A stretch of DNA of 62,769 bases, filler included, from Octopus bimaculoides (GCF_001194135.2; 7 parts of 6 records of this genome joined end to end with filler, not necessarily neighbours in it), one strand, 5' to 3'. Positions 25,412 through 36,814 are shown, counted from the first letter of the whole stretch. Notes: a model not told the origin generated them from the letters alone. Numbers and translations: made by a program.

Positions 25412-25626
25412 GTTTCAAATTTTGGCCCAAGGCCAGCAATTTCGGGAAAAGGGTTAAATCAATTACACTGACCCCACTGTTCAACTGGTACTTATTTTAT
25501 CGACTCCGAAAAGATAAAAGGCAAAGTCGACCTCGGCAGAATTTGAACTCAGAACGTGAAGACGAACGAAATGCTACTAAGCATTTTGCCCAGCGTGCTA
25601 ACGATTCTGCCAGCTCACGCGCTGGG
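25412..25626 (-). mobile_element. SINE family A monomer with 17-bp flanking direct repeat
   Basis: AGAAAGAATTATTATTG at 25395-25411 and 25627-25643. Confidence 0.8.
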
Positions 25627-25649
25627 AGAAAGAATTATTATTGATATCG

Positions 25650-25866
25650 CAAAGGCAATGATCTGGCAGAATCTTTAGCGTGTGGGACAAAATGTATAGC
25701 ACATTTCTTCCGGCTCTTTCCATTCTGAGTTCAAATCGCGCCAGGATCAACTTTGTATTTCAGCCCTTTCAGGGCCTATAAAATAAGTACCGTTCAGGTT
25801 TTGCATGCGTTGTAATCAATTTACCCATCCCCTAAATTACTGGCGACGTGTCAAAGTTAGAAAGAA
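25650..25866 (+). mobile_element. SINE family A, diverged copy
   Basis: GATCTGGCAGAATCTTTAGC head, TTCTGAGTTCAAATCGCGCC box B region, AAATAAGTACC, tail ...GTGTCAAAGTTAGAAAG. Confidence 0.65.
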
Positions 25867-25954
25867 TTATGGTTTTTGTTGGTATCAAGGCGGCTAGCTC
25901 GTAGACTCGTTAGTGTTTTGGGCAGAGTGCTCTGCGGCATATCTTCCGACTCTC

Positions 25955-26160
25955 TTTACTTGTTTCAGTCATTTGACTGTGGCCATACTGGAGCACCACC
26001 TTTAGTCGAGCGAATCGACCCCAGGACTTATTCTTTGTAAGCCTAGTACTTATTCGATCGGTCTCTTTTGCCGAACCGCTAAGTTACGGGGACGTAAACA
26101 CACCAGCATCGGTTGTCAAGCGATGTTGGGGGGACAAACACAGACACACAAACATATATA
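25955..26160 (-). mobile_element. tRNA-derived SINE family B, 3' half
   Basis: Reverse complement of TTTGTCCCCC..CATCGCTTGACAACC...CGGCAAAAGAGACCGAT.GAATAAGTAC...GGTGCTCCAG.ATGGCC.CAGTCAAATGACTGAAAC. Abuts a microsatellite and gap. Confidence 0.8.
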
Positions 26161-26829
26161 TATATATATANNNNNNNNNNNNNNNNNNNNNNNNNNNNNN
26201 NNNNNNNNNNNNNNNNNNNNNNNNNNNNNNNNNNNNNNNNNNNNNNNNNNNNNNNNNNNNNNNNNNNNNNNNNNNNNNNNNNNNNNNNNNNNNNNNNNNN
26301 NNNNNNNNNNNNNNNNNNNNNNNNNNNNNNNNNNNNNNNNNNNNNNNNNNNNNNNNNNNNNNNNNNNNNNNNNNNNNNNNNNNNNNNNNNNNNNNNNNNN
26401 NNNNNNNNNNNNNNNNNNNNNNNNNNNNNNNNNNNNNNNNNNNNNNNNNNNNNNNNNNNNNNNNNNNNNNNNNNNNNNNNNNNNNNNNNNNNNNNNNNNN
26501 NNNNNNNNNNNNNNNNNNNNNNNNNNNNNNNNNNNNNNNNNNNNNNNNNNNNNNNNNNNNNNNNNNNNNNNNNNNNNNNNNNNNNNNNNNNNNNNNNNNN
26601 NNNNNNNNNNNNNNNNNNNNNNNNNNNNNNNNNNNNNNNNNNNNNNNNNNNNNNNNNNNNNNNNNNNNNNNNNNNNNNNNNNNNNNNNNNNNNNNNNNNN
26701 NNNNNNNNNNNNNNNNNNNNNNNNNNNNNNNNNNNNNNNNNNNNNNNNNNNNNNNNNNNNNNNNNNNNNNNNNNNNNNNNNNNNNNNNNNNNNNNNNNNN
26801 NNNNNNNNNNNNNNNNNNNNNNNNNNNNN

Positions 26830-26864
<35 letters not shown>

Positions 26865-26910
26865 TTGTGTGTGTGCGTGTGTGTGTGTGTGTATGTTTGT
26901 GCGTGTGTGT

Positions 26911-27098
26911 GTGTTTGTCCCCCCAACATCGCTTGACAACCAATGATGGTGTGTTTATGTCCTCGTAAATTAGCGGTTCGGCAAAAGACACCGATAGAAT
27001 AAGTACTAGGCTTCCAAAGAATAAGTCCTGGGGTCGATTTGCTCGACTGAAGGCGGTGCTCCGGCATGGCCGCAGTCAAATGACTGAAATAAGTAAAG
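26911..27098 (+). mobile_element. tRNA-derived SINE family B, 3' half
   Basis: Same segment as 25955-26160 in the opposite orientation, following (TG)n. Confidence 0.8.
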
Positions 27099-27688
27099 AA
27101 GTAAGGTGGTAGCTGGCAGAATCTTTAGCACGCCGGAAAAAATGTTTAATGGTATTTCGTCCGGCCCCTTTCCTCATAATTTCAGGTCTTCTACCTACAA
27201 CAGAAAGGCTTATTATTATCACCCATTACAAGATACAATTCTCCCACTGTTTTTTGTTGTTTTTTTTTTCTTTTTGAGGGAGGAGATTTCTTTTTTCTCT
27301 TTTTTTTTTTTGTAAAATAGGGCGAATTTTTATTGTCCCCAGTTTGGACCCTTGTAACAAATAAATTAAATACATTAAATCATTAACATTAATTAACAAA
27401 TAAATTAAATCATTAAAATATTACCTTCATGTTTGCAAAATGTCATGCGAGTTCTTACGCTGCTACAACATGCACGGTGGGGTGGATGTATATTGCTTCT
27501 GTTTTCAACTTCCACAAACTGGTTACCTCTATTTCAAGATCTTTATATTTAGGTTATTTTAAGACAAATTATCGTCTGCTGAGGCTGATACCTCGATCAG
27601 AATGAATATACTTCCGTTCTTTGACTTTTTTGACAATATCCGGTCTATTTCTCCAACATTATTATTTATTTACTTATAATATTTCTTC

Positions 27689-27725
<37 letters not shown>

Positions 27726-27941
27726 CATTATTATTATTATTATTATTATCAATCATTATCATAATTGTTTTTACTATTATATAAAGCAATCATATATTAT
27801 TAATATTGCTTTCATATACAACTATCTGGTAATTATTCATTATTAATTATTCAAAAGTCATTTGCCGGAAATTGATGAAAGTGTCGACATTTCGGCGAAT
27901 GGAATTTAAATTAAAAGATTGTGATATGTATATATATGTAA

Positions 27942-27975
<34 letters not shown>

Positions 27976-29149
27976 ATAGATAGATAGATAGATAGATAGA
28001 TATGCACACATACAGACATATATATATATATATATATAAACACATACATACATACAAGCACACACTCAAATACATATGTGCGTGTTTGTGTAAGGGGAGA
28101 AGAGACACTGAGGGGTGAGACAAACAGACAGACAGATGGACAGACGCACAGTGCCTTCATTTGCTTGTGTGGGTATATTTTATGGACATCTTTCCCATGA
28201 AATTCCTAGCAGAAGAATTACATTAAATAAGACGAAGAACGAGAACGAGAAAGCAATAAAATGACCAGAACAACGAACCATAGGAGTCACAATGTCATCA
28301 GGTTTGTTTTAATTATAATGTTTAATTGTTAATTAGACGAACATCTACTGCAAATCATCATCTCAATGTGACCATCAGTGAAATGATATTTAAGAATTTA
28401 GTTAATGAACGAATAAATAAGACAATTTTGTCAGAGGCTAAAGTTGTAGAACATCGTGACATTTTCGTTGTCTCAGTGTGGTAATGATGGTGGATGTGGT
28501 GGTAATGGTGGATGGGGGCAATGTCTGGTTATGTGATTGTATAGGATGTGTTGTGGGGGAGGGGGACCTTAAAGAGTAAGGGAAGGAGGATTAGTCGTAA
28601 GAAAGTTTTCTTCAACTACGATGTTTATTTGATAATTACTGGACGTACAAGACGTATAACAGCTAATAATACGAGCAAATTGTCTGTCCTGTAAGTACTT
28701 CCGGTTTCATTATTTTGTATTTCGTATTTATTTCAGCTTTCTATTCCTCTTTACATTCTCTTTGTTATTATTATTATTATTATTACCATCATTATTATTA
28801 TTATTATCATCATCATTATTATTATTATTATTATTATTGTTGTTGTTGCTGTTGCTCAGGTCACTGCTTAGAATCGAACTCGGAATCTTGGGGTTAGTAG
28901 CCCACGCTCTTAACCACTACGGCATATACCCGTGTTTTTCTGTATTTATTTTTGCTGGAAACACTTTTGTAGTAATAAATTTTACTGTAGGTATTTTTAC
29001 AGTAAACACATTTGCGACAACTTTCACCTCCAGTATAATTGCTGAATTATTTAAAGAACACGCAACAAAGATACCTGGATTGAATTTAAAGTCTAGTTTT
29101 GTTAGAAAGATAGAATCTTGTTTGAAAAAGTCTGAACTGTAACCCTAAT

Positions 29150-30025
29150 GATAATAGCTTCAAATTTTGACTTAACTTTTAAGAGGAGGAATTTATAGAG
29201 TCATCAACCTCCAGTACTCACGTGATATTTGATTTTGTCGACCCCCGAAAGGATGAAGGGCAAAGTTGACCTCGACGGGATTCGAAATCAGAACGTAAAG
29301 AGCCGGAAATAATACCATTAAGCATTTTCTCCCTAAGATCAAACAATTCTATCGATCCCTTCCTTTCTATTATAGGCGCAAGGCCTAAAATTTGAGGAAG
29401 GGGGAAGTCGAGTTCATCGATCTCAAGTGATTCACTGGTACTATTTCTTTTTTCCATCGAACCCAAAAGGAAGAGAGGCAAGGTCAACCTCGGTGGAATT
29501 TGAACTCAGAACGTGAAGACAGATGAAATGCTACTATGGACTTTAGCCGCCGTACTAACGATTCTACAAGCTTAAAAACACATCTAATAATCTTTCCTGC
29601 TCTAAGCACAAAGCTTGAAATTTTGGGGGAAGGGGGCCAATCAATTAGATCCACTCCAGTGTTTCACTGCTACTTTATTTATCGACCCCGAAAGGATGAA
29701 ATGCAAAGTTGACGTCGGGGAGATTTGAACTCAGAACTTAACAGCAGGCGAAATACCGCTAAACATTTTAACCGGCGTGCTAACGTTTCTTATTTCTTTA
29801 TTGCCCACAAAGGGCTAAACATAGAGGGGACAAACAAGGACAGACAAACGGATTAAGTCGATTATAACGACCCCAGTGCGTAACTGGTACTTATTTAAAC
29901 GACCCCGAAAGGATGAAAGGCAAAGTCGAGCTCGGCAGAATTTGAACTCAGAACGTAGCGGCAGACGAAATACCACTAAGCATTTCGCCCGGTGTGCTAA
30001 CGATTCTGCCTACTCGTCGCCTTAG
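29150..30025 (-). mobile_element. Cluster of SINE family A copies, including a tandem dimer (about 29590-30025)
   Basis: Repeated GACCCCGAAAGGATGAA.GGCAAAGT.GAC/GAATTTGAACTCAGAAC modules. GTGCTAA at 29777 and 29994 gives a 217-bp period. Confidence 0.8.
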
Positions 30026-30439
30026 AAACATAATTAATAATAACGCAGAGTCGGCAAATAATTACGTCACTTCTTCAGTTAGTTCACAGATTTTTAAGTA
30101 ATAAATATTATTATTTATTTTTTCTAATTTGAAAACAAGGTGCTTTGTTTATAACAAGCAGGCGAGAAACCGAAATGTAAGTTAAAACGATGTAGGATTT
30201 TAGATATTACTTGATATGATTCTACCAATCCGTGCTGACAATTCCGTTGGTTCATTTTCGTGTTGGAATGAAAATTAGTAGAAATGTACAATAGTGTTTA
30301 ATGTAACTGTTCATATATTAATGTTTGTAGATATATATATATACATATATATATATATAATAATAATAATAATAATGCAAATAGTATGTGAGTATATGCA
30401 TATATACGTACATGTATGTACATACCTACATCTACATGT

Positions 30440-31290
30440 ATATATAGATGCATATCTGGGTACAGGACGTCACAAAAAAACGTGGACAAAATGAAAAAAG
30501 AGAACAAAAACTTTTTTTCGGACAACGGTAGGAACACACAGGAAAACAAACAGGCCACATAGAGTACATTTCCTTCATCAGCTGCCCCTATTCTAAACTA
30601 AGCGTTTCGAAGCAGCAGAAATATCACAAAAAAATGTTACTCAGAGTTTCACGTTCCCGTTCGTCGAACAGTTTTGTTAGAATGGAACAGAAATGACGAT
30701 CTAATCAAAAATATAAAACTAGTTTAAAGGATACAGCTTTGAAAATGGCTTTCTTTCATTGGTCCTTTCAATTAACGGTCTTAAGCATGCAATGAACAAA
30801 ATAAATTCAGTATAAATTCCTCTTGTTATAAAATCGAAAAAACCTTAAATCAAAAAACAGATTCTAAATAAAATGGTAAACAATTATATACAAAATATAA
30901 ATCAATTAATACATTAAAATTAAAATTAAAAATTTTTACGCTGTATTAGATAATTTTTTTTTTTCAGCAGCATATACACATACTACACCACCTACAAGAT
31001 GCATGTACATACTTATATACATATATAGACATATATATGGGAGAATGTACGAAAAAAAACAACAACAGACGAGGACAGGTGGTGTAAACAACAAAAGGAT
31101 GTATTAGTTTGACGCTCGGGAATACGGAAAGTCTTTAACGTTTCGAGCTACGCTCTTCAACAGAAGGAATACGGAGAAAAACACGGAGAAAAGTTTTATA
31201 TCTTTGATTAAATCGTCATTTCTGTTCCATTCTAACAAAACTGTCCGACGAACGGGAACGTGAAACTCTGAGTAACATTTTTTGTGATAT
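30440..31290. mobile_element. Composite Penelope-tail-like unit with ~100-bp inverted repeats
   Basis: 30621-30720 is the reverse complement of 31192-31290 (about 4 differences). The spacer contains the hammerhead-like motif at 31132-31168. Confidence 0.65.
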
Positions 31291-31589
31291 AGACATATAT
31301 AGGTAAGACATAAATATATACACATATACACATATGTAGGCACACATGCGCGCGCACAAAATCTCTTTGTGTATACATATACAGGTCATCTGTTACAGAC
31401 GAAAGAAAGGGGAAGTATACATTAAGCATAGAGAGGAGGGAGAGAAAAGTAAAAGAAAAGCTAGCGCGAGAAGAAAGGTGTGTCGTGTGTAAGGACGCTA
31501 TCGAGTATGGAGTAAGAAGAGAAAAGAAAGATAGTTCACGAAATGTGTGTAACGAACTCACACATAAAATAAAATTACATATGCTGAGA

Positions 31590-31918
31590 CCCCCTTCGGT
31601 CATGACTGACCGACCATGGGATTGCACCTAGAAAGTTACCCTCCCAGGCACAGGTCCGGGCAAGGTTGTTTTTGGAAGACCAGCAGTCGCCCATGCATAC
31701 CAGCCTCCCCTCTCCACGCCACTGATGTTATCCAAGGGAAAGGCAAAGGGGCCGATACAGCATGGCACCTGTAACATCGCAACTCATTTCTAAACCTGAG
31801 TAAACTGGAGCAACGTGAAATAAAGTGTCTTGATCAAGATCACAACACGCAGCCCGGTCCAGGATTCGAACTCACAACCTCACGATCGTAAGCTCGACGC
31901 TCTAACCACTGAGCCATT
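31590..31918 (-). mobile_element. tRNA-derived SINE (family C type, CORE/V-like central segment)
   Basis: On -, A box TGGCTCAGTGG, B box GTTCGAATCC, then GTGTTGTGATCTTGATCAAGACACTTTATTTCACGTTGCTCCAGT. There is no intact cloverleaf. Confidence 0.75.
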
Positions 31919-32114
31919 CGATATTATCCATACTTTTATCGTATTTTATCGGCTTTCCCTGTTTTTTCTCCTCATCCTTTATGTAAATCCCTACACAAAT
32001 CGTTGTCTGTCCTTGTGATGGACCCCTCATCCATGCCCCTGTGGCTAATAAAAGAAATTATTATTATCATTATTATCATTTATGCTTTCCTTTCATTATA
32101 ACTTTATTTCAGTA

Positions 32115-32690
32115 ACGCCTGCCGTTACGTTCTGAGTTCAAATTCTGCCGAGGTCCACTTTGCTTTTCATCCTTTCGGGGTCGATGAAATAAGTACCAGT
32201 TACGCACTGGGGTCAATGTAATCGACTTAATCCCTTTGTCTGTCCTTGTTTGTTCCCTCTATGTTTAGCCCCTTGTGGGCAATAAAGAAATAAGAAACCT
32301 TAGCATGCCAGACGAAGTGCTTAGCGGTATTTCGTCTGCCGTTACGTTCTGAGTTCAAATCCCGCCGAGGTTGACTTTGCCTTTCATCCTTTCGAGGTCG
32401 ATTAATTAAGTACCAGTTACGCACTGGGATTGTTGTAATCGACTTAATCCGTTTGTCTGTCCTTTTTTGTCCCCTCTATGTTTAGCCCCTTGTGGGCAAT
32501 AAAGAATTAAGAAACGTTAGCACGCTGGGCGAAATGCTTAGCGGTATTTCGTCTGTCTTTATGTTCTGAGCTCAAATTCTGCCGAGATCGATTTTGCCTT
32601 TCATCCTTTCGAGGTCGATTAATTAAGTACCAGTTGGCCCTCTCCCCAAAAATTTCTGGCCTTGTGCCTAGAATAGAAAAGGAATATGAA
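32115..32690 (+). mobile_element. SINE family A tandem trimer (first unit 5'-truncated)
   Basis: Unit junctions AAGAAAT/TAAGAAAC at about 32294 and 32511 (217-bp period). Ends in the standard tail TTGTGCCTAGAATAGAAAAG. Confidence 0.85.
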
Positions 32691-32923
32691 GGCCATATTG
32701 CAAGTGAAAGATATCAACGGTCACATTTAATCTTTTAATTGAAAGATTCAAATATTTCCTGCGAAGAATCTGTAAGAATCATGCTGTTGTCGTTTACTTT
32801 GAGGCTTTTATTTTAAAGTTCTTTGTGAATGAGCATATAGAGAGACACAGATGTACATGTGTGGTATTTGCGCGCGTACACACACACACAGACACACACA
32901 CGCATATATATATATATATACAA

Positions 32924-32982
<59 letters not shown>

Positions 32983-33276
32983 CATACATACATACATACA
33001 TACACACACACACATATATATATAAACCTGTTTTTAATTAAAATAACACGAACAGATTTTCATTCTGAATATCCTTTATTAATGTTTGTTTTGTTCTTTT
33101 TCCTTTTGCATTTTTCTTTTAATGAGTTTTCTTTGCATTTTAAAACTTTTCAGGGAGGATATTAAATCTTTCTTAAATCTTTCTCAATAATTCATTTCTT
33201 TATTTTTCTTGTTATTTCTTTTTTTTTTTTTTTTTTGCGACTTCGGAGATATGAACCAGCAATATTACACTAACTT

Positions 33277-34250
33277 CTAATCACTCTACAATCTCTGACC
33301 ACTCCAGAGCCTCTAGTCACACAACAGTTTCTGGTTACTCTACAACCCTTGTCACACCAACTTCTAGTTAGATTAAAACCTTTAGTCCTGATACAAACCC
33401 TAGTGTCATTATAGCTTCTAGTCATATAATACTCTCTAGTCCCACTACAACCTCTAGTCACACATACACACTACATTCTCTATTCACACAACTTATCACT
33501 AAACTTTCTAGTTACAGTACAACCTCTAATGTCACAACTCCAAGTTACACACCATTCTCTAGTCACACAACAATTTCTTGTCGCACAGCGGTTTCTAGAG
33601 ACATAACAATCTCTAGCCCCTTGCATTACAATCTCTCGTTGTTACACAATAATCTCTAGCCTCACTATTGTCTCTCGTCACACCATAGTCTCTCGTCACA
33701 ATAGTCACACAATATCTAATCACACTAAGGCAGCAAGCTGGCAGAACCGTTAGCACACCGGGCGAAATGCTTAGCGGTATTTTGTCTGCCGTTACGTTTG
33801 GAGTTCAAATTCCGCCGAGGTCGACTTTGCCTTTCATCCTTTCGGGGTCGATTAAATAAGTACCAATTATGCACTGGGGTCGCTATAATCGACTTAATCC
33901 GTTTGTCTGTCCTTGTTTGTCCCCTCTATGTTTAGCCCCTTGTAGGCAATAAAGAAATAAGAAACGTTAGCACGCTGGGCGAAATACTTCGCGGTATTTT
34001 GTCTGTCTTTGTGTTCTGAGCTCAAATTCCGCCGAGGTCGACTTTGCCTTTCATCCTTGCGTACTGGAGTGGATCTAATCGACTGGCCCCCTCCCCCAAA
34101 ATCTCGGGCCTTGTGCCTTGAGTAGAAAAGAATATCTAATCACACAGGATTTACTGCAACCTATGGTCACGCTAATAATATTGCATCTTGTCACACAAGA
34201 ATCACTGGTCACATCAATTTCTAGTCATCCTCAATCTCTAGTCACAAACA
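33277..34250. repeat. Degenerate ~18-bp minisatellite (CTCTAGTCACACAA-like), interrupted by a SINE
   Basis: About 20 variants of (C/T)TCT(A/C)GTCAC at 17-21-bp spacing in 33277-33725, resuming at 34131-34250. Confidence 0.7.
33726..34130 (+). mobile_element. SINE family A tandem dimer with perfect 15-bp TSD
   Basis: AATATCTAATCACAC at 33711-33725 and 34131-34145. TTAGCAC at 33750 and 33967 (217-bp period). Confidence 0.9.
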
Positions 34251-34396
34251 ATCTTTACTCGCATTTTTATTCATTTTTTAACACTATCATAATTTACCAT
34301 TTTTACCATGGTAAATTCATCAATGAAATCCTTTGTGGAGTCCCTTTTCCTTAATGCGCAATGCACCTGTTTATACTATATAATGGTTAATTCGTG

Positions 34397-34648
34397 GAGG
34401 CGCGTGGCTTAGTGGTTAGGGTGTCAGCATCATGATCGTGAGAATGTGGTTTCGATTCCTGGACCGGGCGACGCGTTGTGTTCTTGAGCAAAACACTCCA
34501 TTTCACGTTGTCCCAGTCCACTCAGCTGGCAAAAATGAGTAACGCTGCGATGGACTGGCGTCCTGTCCAGCTGGGGAAAACATACGCCATTGAAACTGGG
34601 AAACCGGGCCCATGAGCCTGGCTAGGCTTTAAAAGGGCGCAATAAAAA
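34397..34648 (+). mobile_element. tRNA-derived SINE (family C type)
   Basis: GGAGGCGCGTGGCTTAGTGGTTAGG...GTTTCGATTCC...GTTGTGTTCTTGAGCAAAACACT, ending in an A-rich tail. Its 3' end recurs on - at about 38355-38415. Confidence 0.75.
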
Positions 34649-34739
34649 AATGGTTAATTCGGGCCTGAATTTTCCCCTTAAATAAATACGTGGACTTGTG
34701 CGAACGTAAGACAATATTTGACATATATTGGTTCTAAAT

Positions 34740-34900
34740 GTTTGCACAAGTCCAGCAATTTTAGAAGATCAGCTGGTATTTACTTCATGGACTCCGAAAG
34801 GCTAAGTGGACCTCTGTGGAATTTGAACTAAGAACGTAAAGACGAACGAAATACCGCTAAACTTTTCGTCGGAAATGCTAACAATTCTGCCAGCTCGCAA
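34740..34900 (-). mobile_element. SINE family A, diverged copy just upstream of the homeobox acceptor
   Basis: CTGGTATTTACTTCATGGACTCCGAAAGG...GAATTTGAACTAAGAACGTAAAGACGAACGAAATACCGCTAA...CTGCCAGCTCG. Confidence 0.7.
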
Positions 34901-34976
34901 TTCTGTATTTGACATCTATATTTAATATCATATTTATTCACTTTATTACTCTTATATATTCACTTATGTATTTCAG

Positions 34977-35100
34977 AACAACTTTTACGCCCTTTCAACT
35001 GGAACAAATGGAGAAAGCGTTCCAAAGAGCACCATACCCAGATGTATTTGCTCGAGAGGAACTTGCAATCAGAATTGGCCTTAGTGAATCCCGTGTGCAG
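34977..35100 (+). CDS. repo: PRD-class homeobox exon, Repo (reversed polarity) family
   Basis: Acceptor tatgtatttcAG (34975-34976) and donor CAG|GTAGGA (35101), at the canonical PRD-class intron between Q46 and V47. Translation (R)[41 protein letters not shown]. The [15 protein letters not shown] and LSESRVQ signatures match the Repo homeodomain as I recall it. Flanking exons were not found. Confidence 0.85.
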
Positions 35101-35195
35101 GTAGGATATCATTTTCTTACAGATTCAGTTCCGTCCAGTTTGAGTCTTCATGAAAGACAGACATTATGTAAATATTGTTGTTGTAGTGTATGGTA

Positions 35196-35265
35196 GTTGG
35201 CCTACCAGCACGGTGGTTGGCCTACCAGCACGGTGGTTGGCCTACCAGCACGGTGGTTGGCCTAC
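35196..35265. repeat. Perfect 20-bp tandem repeat (3.5 copies)
   Basis: GTTGGCCTACCAGCACGGTG x3 plus GTTGGCCTAC. Confidence 0.95.
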
Positions 35266-35459
35266 GGTCCAGCACCTAATCTTTTGGAATAAATATGGGC
35301 TTTTGCTGTACATAATACAACTACACCAGACTGACTTAATCTGTGTTTCTGAGTATATATTATGTATTATTAGAAGATTTCAAAACAAATCTTACGACCA
35401 GATTGGATAAACAAAGATTTACCGTCTTTGTTGAAAGTGCAACGCTTACGTACAGTATA

Positions 35460-35828
35460 TAGCTTACGACGACGAGGGTTCCACTTGATCCGATCAACGG
35501 AACAGCCTGCTCGTGAAATTAACGTGCAAGTGGCTGAGCACTCCACAGACACGTGTACTCTTAACGTAGTTCTCGGGTATATTCAGCGTGACACAGTGTG
35601 ACAAGGCTGACCCTTTGAATTACAGGCACAACAGAAACAGGAAGTAAGAGTGAGAGAAAGTTATGGTGAAAGAATACAACAGGGTTCACCACCATCCCCT
35701 GCCGGAGCCTCGTGGAGCTTTAGGTGTTTTCGCTCAATGAACACTCACAACGCCCGGTCTGGGAATCGAAACCGCGATCCTATGACCGCGAGTCCGCTGC
35801 TCTAACCACTGGGCCATTGCGCCTCCAC
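35460..35828 (-). mobile_element. tRNA-derived SINE
   Basis: On -, GGAGGCGCAATGGCCCAGTGGTTAGAGCAGCGGACTCGCGGTCATAGGATCGCGGTTTCGATTCCCAGACCGGGCGTTGTGAGTGTT (A and B boxes), followed by a non-tRNA body. Confidence 0.7.
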
Positions 35829-36814
35829 ATCATCAGTACACCACAGTAGAATCAGAATTGTCTAGGGTTGGTAACTATAAGCACCTGGACAAAGCAATGT
35901 CCTTGAGCCTCTATAAACACAACTATAGCATACATAGATTTTCATTGGGTCCCCAAAATCGTGGGGTTGCGGGAGAAGTGTCTAGTATGCCCATATGTTA
36001 AGATTGCTATGGTTGGTTGGTAGAAAGAAGCAGAAGATTTTGTAGTACCAATACAAGAGATATAGAGAGGTTCAAGCTCCATAAAGTAGAATATGGGTAA
36101 GTGAATGGATTTTTTTCAATGGCGTCGTTATTGCGTGGGAAAGAAAAAGAGAGGGAGCAAAGTAATATAGGAAATGAAATCTTTGAGTTGTCCAATCAGC
36201 TACAGGATATTTACAATTAAAAGAAAACTGCCTGTTTTGTTAATGTCAACGAAACGAGGGTAATTAAACCAAGATTACCTTGATGATAAGGTCATACCAA
36301 TACAACCACGTTAATGCTGGTTTTGTTGCTGTTGTTGTGATGGTGGTTGAGATGGAGATTATTCTTCGTGTTGTTGGTAGAGGTGGTAGTGGTGATGATG
36401 ATGTTGCTGCTGCTGTTTTTGTATAGACCCACGTCAACTCTGAACGACCAGACTTATAACCAAAGTCGATCCAGAAATAACTGCGTCACCATTTTGTTTT
36501 TTTTTAAGTATCCACTACATCCTACTTCTTTAAAGACAATAGAGTGTGATGTGAGGTAAATTTGGTTGTTATTTTAGCAAGTTTTGTGACCAAATTTATT
36601 CTTGTTCGTAGTTTGCCTTGTTTTTTAACCTCAGATTTGTCCCCGTCGAGACTTGATTGCCGTAACCGTGCACCATGCCAGACTTTTGTATATGAGGCGA
36701 TAGCTATCAAATGTATCTTTAAGTTAATGAGGGTACGGCTTAATAACTAACGCTATCTAGCCGATGGCATTGTTGGTTCACTTGTCCGTTTCCTAATAAT
36801 TGATTTATCTTTAA

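Noticed and set aside
28261-28301. Possible upstream repo exon (ATG...ATC AG|GTTTGT, phase 2)
   Set aside because: The phase fits, but the peptide (MTRTTNHRSHNVIR) lacks the basic KKK-type homeodomain N-terminal arm and the donor is weak.
30560-30612. Minus-strand GAAAC...CUGAUGAAG as a permuted (type II) hammerhead
   Set aside because: No credible stem I hairpin lies between the putative cleavage site and the core.
31850-31918. tRNA gene calls here and at 34397-34470 and 35750-35828
   Set aside because: A and B boxes are present, but acceptor and anticodon stems are broken and each continues into a SINE body.
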